From the NCBI GenBank assembly GCA_965637545.1, contig OZ281494.1, positions 10,478,001-10,542,000 of the forward strand: a stretch of 64,000 nt of DNA. The letters run 5' to 3'. The first letter of the stretch is position 1; every line of letters begins with the position of its first letter. The translations under genes were made by a program, and so were the position numbers. Below, piece after piece: positions 1-11,322 of this stretch. Origin of the DNA: Phallusia mammillata. Its lineage: Eukaryota. The notes beneath the pieces were generated by a model. That model made no database searches and was not told the origin of the DNA. It saw only the letters and a program-made list of their open reading frames with translations.

Positions 1-3000
1 ACGTGTCAACGATTTTATAAAAAGACTTTCATATATTTTGAAACATTTTGACGTCAGAGTTCTGGAAAGTTAATTTTAGTTTACTTTGTTATTTTACTTT
101 GCTAAAATTGGACGTAGATTGCCGACAAGTATGTTTGTAATGTTTTTATATTTATCGAGAAATTCATTTTTTTTACAAGAAGATCAATCCTGTACTATAT
201 TGGTTTCCAATTTTATGGCACAATACTGTGACATGACTTAACGTGTGGATAAGTTTGCATCTATCTCTAGTGATAATTCTATGTTCACAAATAGTTGCAA
301 GGATTTTCATAAGGTTGCATTAGGGTTTTTGCAACAACGTCTAATTGAAACAAAGCACTGAAGCTGTTGGGGATACTTTTGCTTCGCTGAAAATGCGTTA
401 TTGGTTTAGCATTCAGTTTAAAATTTACAAAGAAATATTGATGAATCAACTGAATAACCTTGGCAACATTTAGCATACTTTGTGTAGAGGCCTTAATATA
501 ATGTTTGTCTCTGCCAACCAACCACACGCGTCTATAGCAACGGATTTCAAATTTTAAACCGCGCGCTTCATTAACCCCCTGGGGGCATTGTTTGTGACGT
601 CACGCTCACGTGCGAAACCCGCCATTCGAATGTCGGACAAACCTTCTTGCAGGGTTTTATTAACATATTTCGGCTATTTATAAATTTCGCTGTTGCTTTT
701 GCGTTTGATAGTATTAATTTGGGCGTTTTGTTTGTGACGTCACAAAGGAAACGATGGAGACCGCTGTCTTGTGACGTGCTATTTTTGAATAAGAGTGCTT
801 TGGAGAGTTACAGAAATGCTGCAAGTTATGTTGCGAACCGTTTTGGTGTTAATATGTTTGCGTTGACCTGGGTCCCATGTATGAAGCCAATATTCTTGAT
901 TTTAAGCCTTGAAATGTGTTTGTGTTTTGCCACAACACAATTATCGTTCATTTAGATAACGATGTCAAAAGACATATGTCGACAGTTGAAAAACATTTTA
1001 AATTACAATAAATTGTTGAGCTTCGTTTTCAAAATCGTTTCCTTGATACCGGATATGACGTTAACATCCAGGATGCCTCGAAGCGTTATGACGTAGGCAA
1101 GGCTCTTCAAAACGATTACGCGAATATTAAAGCACATGTTTGAACACCTAATAAACAAAAGGTGTGGCCCAACGTACATTGGTAACACAATAAAAAAGAT
1201 TTTTTTGTTTCACATGAGCCTTGCTATTTTTGTTTTTGAAAATTCTTCAAAAGAAAAAAATCGATGCCAACAACTACCTAACGATAAAATCACAATTTCT
1301 TTGCATCGTATGCTTTTCCGCATTGATAATACAAAAGTATTCTAAAACCCCAAGCAAATTTTTGTGCATCGAATTCATCAATCCGTCACGAATCTCTTTT
1401 TGTGAACATTTGTTTCTAGCTAAATGTGTTTGTAAGCTGATGGTTTTGGTTTTAACAACAACAGAAAACATTTTTCGTTTCCAAACGGACAATTATGCCA
1501 CATATAACCCGTAAAAACATCACGGTACTGGTATTGTTTTAACTTCTAAATAGATGTTTTAACGCATAGGTTATTTGTTGACGTCCTCTTGAAATCTGTT
1601 GTAGATTCATAGACAACACGTGCGCACTAATTGCTCCATGTGACCGCCATTTTGTGTCGGAATCGTGGTCTGTGCAATGGCGGTGGAACAAATTGTCGTT
1701 CGCTTAGGGTTTTTTTTCGTAAAAAAGCTTTGTAAGAAACAACAACTGAACATCAGCAAGTATTTGGAAAAAAAAATTTTACGTTGTTTTGAAACGTTTT
1801 TTTTTGTGGCTATTTACTTATTGCAAGCTTGTTGATCTTCGTTGTCAAAATTTCTACTTTAATGCCGGATGCGACGATTGCATTCACGATGCCCCGAGGC
1901 GTTGATTTATTTCTTCCATGTCCGAACTTTTATGATATGGTCCACTAAAAAGATTGCTCTAATTTTAAAGCTTACTTTAAAATGTTAAAACAACTCTACA
2001 ATCGAAAGGTTGCGCCGAAAATACTGATGCCTTCCAGGAATATTTGACAATATAACAACCACTTTTATTTCGTTACAACACTTCATGTTGGTCAAACAAG
2101 AAATGAAATAAAACTAAATTTATTTCTACGGACAACAAAATGTTTTTTTTTTAAAAACCGCTGTTCTTTGCTGTAAAGCGTACGCTAGGTAGAGGAAATA
2201 TTTATATAGATAGCTGACATATTATTTACAATACGAGAACATTTGTTTCAAATACTGTTGACTGGCCATGTTTCATAAATTTGTCAAATAAATTGCGTTT
2301 GCAATGTGTGGATTTTCTTTTCGTATGAGTTGCACAACGGTTATTTTACGCTACAACGTCACTACCACAAATCTAATAAAAAGTAGATGTGGTAGTGTGA
2401 TTTAATTCAAAATACTTAAAATTTGGCAAATAGTTTAATTTTCTGAAGTAAAAGTGGTGGGTTTTGATGCATATAGTGTATCCAAAGTTTTCTCTTAAAA
2501 AAATCGCCAATAGGTCTGATATGTTTGTGTTCAAGTCAAATGCTGCAGCAGACTTTTCAAGGTTTCATTTAAATCACAAACAATCCCACAACCAAAATTG
2601 GCCGCCATTTTGTGCCCAAAAGAGAAAATGTACTCAAGTTGACAGTTTGCTGCAACGACACTAAGGAAATCTAATTGGTTAATGAAATGCATTTCATACC
2701 CAGCGAAGGAAATGACCTCAGTCTATGTACGTGAATAAAGTTTTAATTTTCCGATCATAATAAGGTTAGTTCCTTTATTCCAGAATAATTCCTTTTACAC
2801 GTTGTTCAAAAATTTCCAACCAACATTTTCCCATACGCTGTTACTTATACCTTTTGTAATATTGTAAGAAAATAAATAAGAAGTTAAATTGTTAACAGAG
2901 TGACGACAATTTAATTGAAATTTGAAACGTGACAGGTTTCGCTAATATTGTAACGTCTGTTTGGTGCAAGTACATTAGCACGTTTTTTTATCAAGTTTTG

Positions 3001-3288
3001 TATCATGCTATGTATTGGTATTCTTCACACAACTTTTTTTTCTGCTTGAGTGAAGACCCAAATCTGCAAACTGTGTGTCCTGATTTCGATAAAGTATAAA
3101 ACCTCCTTTTTCAAGGATGCAATGATTTTGTCCAAAAGTGTAATATAATTTGAATGCATAACACACAGCAACGATTCAGCAGATTTGGTTTATTTACAGA
3201 ATACGAAGCAAGGATGTGCAAATGGATATTAGAAAAGGACAATTCAACAATCATTGTCAATGTTGTCAGTCACGTATAAATTAAATTT

Positions 3289-6234
3289 CTAATCATCAGC
3301 TTCTTCGTTTTCGGAACCAGAACTAATTGGAGTTCCAAGAAGACCAAGAATTCCATGTTCTGGGTTGAAACCACCTCGCCTGGGTCCGAAAGGTCCTGGC
3401 CGTGGAACAAAACTACCGCGGTGAGGTCCGAATGGTTCCGGTTTTCCAACTGTAACACATCGTTAAGTTGTAACACATGGTATGTTTGCGTTGAATTAAC
3501 AACATTTTGTACAATTTGAATTTGAAGGTTGTTTCAAATTGAAGTGTATATTCGAAACAGCAAGTCAAGATTTTAAAGGCATTTTTATGAAACTCACCTT
3601 TTGGGGCGCATTCCATCAAGCACTTAATACATTTTTTCTTTTCCATTTGTTCGCTTTCGGTAAGCGGAGGACACTGAAGACAATCGATTCTCGCTTGACG
3701 AATGCACTCTGCCTTATCGGTGCTGTTTCCTGCATCTGTATCACCTAAAAATTAATTGAAATTGTCACAATCTTCTGACACCACAGTTGATTGGGTTAAT
3801 ATAAAGTGTGCTCACCACATTCCTCTTTGACACATTTTCTGCATCCGATAGTAGCGTTGATCATCCTCATTCTGGCTTCCTTTGGTGTGGGACAACTAGC
3901 ACAGTTTTCTTCGCTTCGCGCACATGTGATCACCTTCAATATTTTATGCAGGAATTCTTTAGGCTTGGAAAATCGATCATGTGGGCGTCCTCGACCACCA
4001 AATGGCGATCGTCCGCGTCCACCAGAGAATGGTCCAATTCCTCCTGACATTGGTCGGGGGCCACCAGTTATTTGTGAAAGGAATCCAGCAACTGGTCCGT
4101 TTGATCTTGGTAAAAACTGTGTCATGCCAGACATTGGACCACGGCTACCTGATAATGGTCCGATCCCTCGTGACATTGGTCGTCGACCACCTGAGATTGG
4201 TCCGATACCCCCTGACATTGGTCCATTGCTACCAGAGAATGGACCAATTCCTCCTGACATTGGTCCGCGTCCAACAGAAAATGGTCCGATACCCCGTGAC
4301 ATTAGTCCGCGCCTACTAGAAAATGGTCCGATACCCCCTGACATTGGTCCGCGCCCACCAGAAAATGGTCCGATACCTCCTGATATCGACCTGCGTCCAC
4401 CAGAGAAAGGTCCCACTCCGCCTGTCATTGGTCTGTTTTGTCTCGGCCTTTCAAAGCCTTGACCCATTCCTTGTGATATCAGTGGCACTATGGACTGGAG
4501 CAAACCGGGAAGACCTTCTTGGCCCAAGATTGATTCAAGACCGAAACCAAAGCTTTCCTCGTTAGATTCTTCTTCACTTTCATCGTCGTCATTATCTGTA
4601 ATCGTCGAATATTTCAGTGAACAAAATCAACAAAGATTTCGTTTCTAATAATCACAACTTACGTTTTTTCGAACATTGTTTTAGACACGCAAAACATTTT
4701 TTCTTATTCATCTGATCAGCATCACTCAGTGGAGGACACTCCACGCATTCTTGTCTTGCTTCGGCAATGCAGCTTGCGTCTTCTGTTTTGTTTGTTGGCA
4801 TTTCGCCTATAAAAGTTAACCATCAAATAAAATAAAATAGTAAACAAATACAAAGTAACAAAATCTATACTTTGTGTCATTAACTTACCGCATTCCTCAG
4901 TGACACAATCCTTGCACTCTTTCTTTACGTTTTGCATCTTCTCTTTCATCTCCTTCATGTTTGGACAGTATTGCAACATCAAACATGTTTTGTGGCAAGT
5001 ACTTGACGGCTTTCGTCGTCTACGTGGTTTGTTAGCTGAAAGAGAACCTAAATATTGCAAACGTTTAGTTTGTGTTCAGTTTTTTGGGGTATATAGCACA
5101 TTTGCGTCAACTTACCTCCAAACATGTTGTAACCTGGACCCATGGGCCCACCAACGTCTCCTTGCCCTATATTCAAACCCATTCCGTTATTTCTTGTTCC
5201 AATGCCTGCCAAAAATCAAACAAGATTAAATAATTCATGAGTTTATAAGGAAGTGTTTTTGTCATTTTGTGTGGTTGGAAACGTTCTTACCTCCGAATGG
5301 TGTGGGTCGGACTCCATTGCTAATCACTCCCTCTGGACCTCTGCGATCTAAATAAGCAGTAAATTTGCATTTTATTATAGTTACTAACTTATAAGAAAAG
5401 AAAGTACTTTTTTGTAATAAAATGTAAAGTTGTTGTAATCAAACGCTACGATTCTTTATCAGATTATTTTAGCACAGATTTTAATTGTTACCATGTTTGC
5501 GACATTGCATGAGACACGACGAGCAATTGATCACACGTTCCCTGTCTTTTGTGGGAATCGGAGGACACGAAGTACAATTTTCAAATGCTTCCCGGACACA
5601 TTTCATCACAGCACGTCTGTCCAATGGATCGAGTTGACCTACAAAACATATTCTTTATTTTTCTCAACGCACAATGAACATGTTGCATTAAACGTTTCGA
5701 ATCGTTTTGCCCAAGTTCTTGAGGAAATGTAGTTTCAAAATGTTAAAGCTTTGAATTCCACTCACCGCAACTGGCACGGATGCAGTCGCGACATTCCTTT
5801 CTGTCTTCTTTGGTCTCGTTCTTGATTTCTTCTCGACTTGGGCACTTGGTTGGACCGACGCAAGCTTTTATGCATGCCAGTTTGCCACGGGACTCTCCAC
5901 CTGTGTCTTCTGTGTTTGCTCCTGGATAATTGTTGGGTCTTCTTCCGCTCAGAAGAGCTTCCGACCCTGGAAAGTTTGGTGGCCCCCGTCGCGGAAACCC
6001 TGAACATAAAAGTTTGATTTGGACTGATTTGTGCAAAGCGTTTAAAATTACAACATCACAGAATTTTAGCAAGTGTGATTCAACGTGAACCCTTTTTTAC
6101 ATTTTAATTAAACGTAGCGGCAAAAATTTTGTGTGTGCGAATTTTATCAAAATAGTTCGAAAATGTTGCTGAAACATTCAGTGTTTACCTTGTGCCACAA
6201 CGAAAAACACGGCCAAAATCACGTAGGACTTCAT
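3289..6234 (-). CDS. Secreted six-module Cys-rich / Gly-Pro-repeat protein, copy A1 (10 coding exons, ~654 aa)
   Basis: Manual splicing: 6234-6189 (MKSYVILAVFFVVAQ, signal-peptide-like), 5999-5766, 5638-5492, 5347-5291, 5205-5116, 5047-4889, 4806-4663, 4595-3816, 3744-3598, 3449-3289 (TAG). All introns are GT-AG and phase 1; internal exons are multiples of 3; no stops. Six 6-Cys modules, e.g. CIKACVGPTKCP..CRDCIRASC and CVREAFENCTSCPP..CSSCLMQC. Exon 6 has an alternative in-frame acceptor 12 nt downstream. Confidence 0.9.
4017..4436 (-). repeat. Coding 42-bp minisatellite, 10 units (consensus GPMSGGIGPFSGGR)
   Basis: Units counted from the translation; two internal units are degenerate. Confidence 0.92.
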
Positions 6235-6345
6235 TTTGCTTCTTTGTCGTATCTTAAAAAAAATGTTTGTAATAAATAACTTTGTTTTAGTAATATCAAT
6301 TTCTTTGCAGCTCTGGTCAAAGCGTAAATACATTTTTATGTTTAC

Positions 6346-6545
6346 CTGTAACATATTGTATATTAAGTAACCATCATAACTAACCTTTAAGATTTGTTTC
6401 CAGTAGTTGTCTTAATCTTCCCAATGGGTAACTTGTCCTAACCATCGCAGCCTTATATACCCGTGTGTCCTTATTTTTAACGATGCCTGAGGTGTAACGC
6501 ATTAGAAGATACGTAGCATCCTGTCAGCCCCTGGGCTTCATATTG
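6346..6545 (-). promoter_or_regulatory. Putative core promoter and non-coding first exon of A1
   Basis: Donor cag|gtaaac at 6346; TATATAA at 6459-6453; conserved gcccctgggc motif near 6528-6537. The same layout occurs upstream of A2 and A3. Confidence 0.55.
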
Positions 6546-7772
6546 AAGGAAAACTGCTTACGTTTTTTGAGAAATAGCCTGTTGCGTGTTAAGAATTTCA
6601 TAAAAGACCTTGATATATTTTGAACTATTTTGACGTCAGAGTCTTGGCAACTTAAATTTACTACAACTTAATTGTAGTTTTTTTGCACCAGGTTAAAATT
6701 AGACCTAGATCGCATACAAGAGCATTTGTGATGTTCTGATATTTTTCGACAACAAAACTGAATAAACGAGTATTACCTTGCCAGCAGTTTTGTTATAAAT
6801 AATCGACGTTTCGACGTCCGATATACGAAACGACTTCATCAGGATAATGGCATATCTATAGAAAGACAGTTTTTGTTTTTTGTTTTTTAAAGAATCTTGA
6901 ATTAAGACACAATGTTGTAACATATCTTTACGTGTGAATAAGTTTGTACATTTCTGTAGTGATAACTACTTGAATGTTTATAGAGCTGCATTATGTTGTT
7001 TGTAGTCACTTCTAATTTAATCAAAGCATTAAAGCTGATGAAATTGCATTCACTCAACTGCACGTGATTTATCAATCTAACATTTAACTTACAATAAGCA
7101 ATTGGATGTTTGTGAATCACTTTAACATACGTGTCAGAACAAAACATGTTGTATGTGGAAACCGTGTAATGTTTGCTTGGTGCAAACCACCTATTACGCG
7201 TCCATCGCAACGGATTTCAAACTTTGAACGCCGCGCTTCCATCAGCGCCTGGGGCATTGCTTGTGACATCACGGACACGTGCGAAAACCGCAACTCAAAT
7301 GTCGGACAAACCTTCTTGCAGGGTTTTATTAACACATTTCGGCTATTTATAACTTCGCGGTGAGCTTTTGATTTTGCGTTTGGTCGTAATAATTTGAGCG
7401 TGTTGTTTGTGACGTCACATAGGAAATGGTGGAGACTACTTTCTTGGGACATGTTTAATTTTGTCGTTTGAGTGTAGCGACTGATCACTTGCTAGATCTA
7501 ATCCTTAATTGAAGTCCGTTTTGTGCACAATTAAATCCGTAGTGACTTTGTATTAGAACGAAAGTTAAGTTGAGTTACAGTGATGATGATATTAAAGTGA
7601 TGTAGCATCGTTCGAAACAACATGTATATATACGTACAATTGTCAACGACAAACAGTCAACAAAAGGTGACAACATATGGTATACAGCTGTGTGGAATTA
7701 AATGCTTGAGGTGTTGATTGATTTACTTGACAAATACGTTTGTACAGATCATAATCCCACATGAGCTATTGC

Positions 7773-8153
7773 CAGGGTTGCCATACCGGTCTTATTTCTA
7801 AGATTTGTCCTTATTTTCAAAGGCTACGTCTTAAAAAAAGTCCATTGTCCTTTTTTCTAAGAAATGTCCTTATTTTTGACTTAAGTCCTTCTTTTGTCTT
7901 ATTTTCCACAATTACTGGTCAAATACCTGCTACAAGTAAAAGTAAACCTAGACCTGAGCTGTTGCAAGATGCACGAAGTCTTTTTTACAAACAAGGAGTG
8001 GGTGGAACAGATCGTTTCTGCCAAAATATTGCATATGATATGTCACGGCTCGTATAAATGCAAAGATTTGTTCAAAAACGTTTGTTTTATTTCGCATAAA
8101 AAATTAATTTTTCGGTTGTCCTTATTTTTGGTTTCAAGTCGATGGCAACCCTG
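7773..8153. mobile_element. Non-autonomous hAT-type MITE
   Basis: TIR CAGGGTTGCCA / TGGCAACCCTG; 8-bp TSD gctattgc / gctatggc. Second copy at 23363-23742; absent from unit 2. Confidence 0.85.
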
Positions 8154-8579
8154 GCTATGGCGGAAATTCAAAAACAGTATTTTGAGTGTTGTGGCCGGAC
8201 GTTTCGGAATACGTTACAGGTACAAGTTTAGAAAAGCACACATGCTTGTGAATCACAGTTATCACGTGTGCAACAACAAACAACTATAACGGAACAAAAG
8301 CATGAAATATTTCGTATGTGACGACAAAGTTCCGGATAAATTATAACCTCCGGTAGCTGATTAAATAAAGACACCACACCCTAGGTGAGGCAAACTTGTT
8401 TTCGAATACCTCGCTATCACGTGGCTGTGACGTAGATGGTAAAAGTGTTTGTATTTTGCCACAACACAATTATCGTTCATTCCGATATCGTCATCGATAC
8501 ATACGTCTCGTCTCACTGTGAATGGTCTTTCAACTGGAATAGTTTTTCTCTTCTGTATATCGGACACCCTGCTCTGCAG

Positions 8580-8663
8580 TCGTTGTCAGAGGGCAATGTG
8601 ATGTATGTGACGTCCAATCAAACCTTTGGACAAAGATCGCCCCAGACGGTGTTTCAAACTGTG
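8580..8663 (+). pseudogene. Isolated MS4A exon-6 fragment in tandem unit 1
   Basis: Near-identical to 24170-24253, preceded by a ctctgcag acceptor. Confidence 0.8.
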
Positions 8664-8718
8664 AATCGTAGCAAATTTATCAGTTTTGCTTGTCTTAACC
8701 TCTCGTTAGTAACCCGAG

Positions 8719-9059
8719 CAGAGATGTAAGCGGGCCCGAAATTTGAGCCGAACCCGAAAGTATAAGTCTAAACCCGAATCGTTTGGAGAAGCCCGTTTAG
8801 ACCCGAAAGTTTGATTGACAAACCTATAATAAAGAAGAAATACATAATGGACAATAGTAGAAAATGCCTTTAAACAAGACGATTTAGGGATGTTGGGCAT
8901 TAGGTTATTCCCAGCAACTAGCTACTTAGCTCGGTGAATTACGTTAGAAAAATTTGCGCATACAGAGCGTGAAGTCAGGCCCGAATTTAACCCGTTTGTA
9001 ACAAAACCTAAGCCCGAACCCGAACCCGACCCAAAAAACCGGCCCGACTTACAACTGTA
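8719..9059. mobile_element. hAT-type MITE with cccgaa sub-terminal repeats
   Basis: Imperfect TIR cagagatgtaagcgggcc / ggcccgacttacaactgta; TSD aacccgag / aacccaag. Copies at 16826-17188 and 24308-24628; a related fragment near 55010-55130. Confidence 0.8.
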
Positions 9060-11322
9060 AACCCAAGAGTCAGTGAAAACGCGTTTTCAATTCCCAATGA
9101 TCATCCCCCCATTTTTAACTCTTTGCCCTATTTGCATAGTGTATTAAACACGTAACAAACAAAAGGTGTGGCCAACGTACCAATGCCATTCAGAAACACA
9201 ATAAAGAATAATTTATTTCAAGTCCAAATTCACATAAATTTTGCTATTTTTGTTTTTAAACTGTGCTCGAAAAAAGTTTTTGATGTCATGAACTGGCGTA
9301 ACAATGAAATCACAATTTCTTTACATTGTATGCTGGTCCGTATTGAGAATAATATGAGAATAGTATTCTAAAACCAAAAGATTTTTTTTATGCAGCGAAG
9401 TCATGAATGCGCAACGAATCTCTAACGTTTTGTGCACATTTATTTCTGCCTAAACGTGTTTGTAAAATGATGTTTTTGGTTTTAACAACAACAAAAATAC
9501 GTTTTCGTTTCCAAAAGGACAATTATGCCACATATAGGTTAACCCGTAAAAACATCACGGTACTGGTATTGTTTTAACTTCTAAATAGACGTTTTAACGC
9601 TTAGGTTATTTGTTGATGTCCTCTTGAAATCTGTTGTAGATTCATAGACAACACGTGCGAATTGCCATATTTGAACGCCATTTTGTGTCAAAGTCGTGGT
9701 CTGTGCAATGGCGCTGGAACAAATTGTCGTTCGCTAAAGTTTATTTTTCGTAAAAAGTCTTTGTAAGAAACAACAAATGAACATCAGCAAGTATTTGGAT
9801 TTTTTTTATCTTGTTTTAAATTGTATTTTTTTGTGGCTATTTACTTATTGCAAGCTTATTGATCTTAGTTGTCAAAATTTCTACTTTAAATGCCGAATGT
9901 GACGATTACATTCACGATGCCCCGAGGCGTTGGTGTATTTCTTCCATGTCCGAACTTTTATGTTATGGTCCACTAAACAGATTGCTCTAATTTTAAAGCT
10001 TACTTTAAAATGTTAAAACAACTCTACAATCGAAAGGTTGCGTCGAAAATACTGATGCCTTCCAGGAATATTTGACAATATAACAACGACTTTTATTTCG
10101 TTACAACACTTCATGTTGGTCAAACAAGAAATGAAATGAAACTAAATTTATTTCTACGGACAACAAAATGTTTTTTTTTTAAAAACCGCACCTTCTTTGC
10201 TGAAAAGCGTACGCTAGCGGAAATATTTATATAGATAGCTGACATATTATTTACAATACGAGAACATTTGTTTCAAACATACTGTTGACTGGCCATGTTT
10301 CATAAATTGGTCACATAAATTGCGTTTGCAATGTGTGGATTTTCTTTTCGTATGAGTTGCACAACGGTTATTTTACGCTACAACGTCACTACCACAAATC
10401 TAATAAAAAGTAGATGTGGTAGTGTGATTTAATTCAAAATACTTAAAATTTGGCAAATAGTTTAATTTTCTGAAGTAAAAGTGGTGCACCACTTTTTGGT
10501 ACATATAGTGTATCCATATAGTGTACCTCTTAAAAAATCGCCTATAGGTCTGATATGTGTGTGTTCAAGTCAAATGCTGCAGCAGACTTTTCAAGGTTTC
10601 ATTTAAATCACAAACAATCCCACAACCAAAATTGGCCGCCATTTTGTGCCCAAAAGAGAAAATGTACTCAAATTGACAGTTTGCTGCAACGACACTAAGG
10701 AAATCTAATTGGTTAATGAAATGCATTTCATACCCAGCGAAGGAAATGACTTCAGTCTATGTACGTGAATAAAGTTTTAATTTTCCGATCATAATAAGGT
10801 TAGTTCCTTTGTTCCAGAATAATTCCTTTTACACGTTGTTCAAAAATTTCCAACCAACATTTTCCCATACGCTGTTACTTATACCTTTTGTAATATTGTA
10901 AGAAAATAAATAAGAAGTTAAATTGTTAACAGAGTGACGACAATTTAATTGAAATTTGAAACGTGACAGGTTTCGCTAATGTTGTAACGTCTGTTTGGTG
11001 CAAGTACATTAGCACGTTTTTTTATCAAGTTTTGTATCATGCTATGTATTGGTATTCTTCACACAACTTTTTTTTCTGCTTGAGTGAAGACCCAAATCTG
11101 CAAACTGTGTGTCCTGATTTCGATAAAGTATAAAACCTCCTTTTTCAAGGATGCAATGATTTTGTCCAAAAGTGTAATATAATTTGAATGCATAACACAC
11201 AGCAACGATTCAGCAGATTTGGTTTATTTACAGAATACGAAGCAAGGATGTGCAAATGGATATTAGAAAAGGACAATTCAACAATCATTGTCAATGTTGT
11301 CAGCCACGTATAAATTAAATTT

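Noticed and set aside
4017-4436. 42-bp repeat array as a CRISPR array
   Set aside because: Repeats are contiguous with no unique spacers, are in frame in a coding exon, and lie in eukaryotic DNA without cas genes.
4017-4436. Collagen-like Gly-X-Y domain
   Set aside because: Gly is not at every third position; the period is 14 residues.
3806-4462. Plus-strand Pro-rich ORFs (PPENGPIPPDIGPR repeats; also 11840-12454 and 19638-20336)
   Set aside because: Antisense shadow of the Gly-rich exon; GGN codons read as NCC or CCN on the other strand. No splice or signal context on +, whereas the minus frame joins a complete spliced gene.
7761-8289. ORFs overlapping the MITE as transposase
   Set aside because: The element is only ~380 bp, has no DDE/hAT motifs, and the ORFs are not conserved in the second copy.
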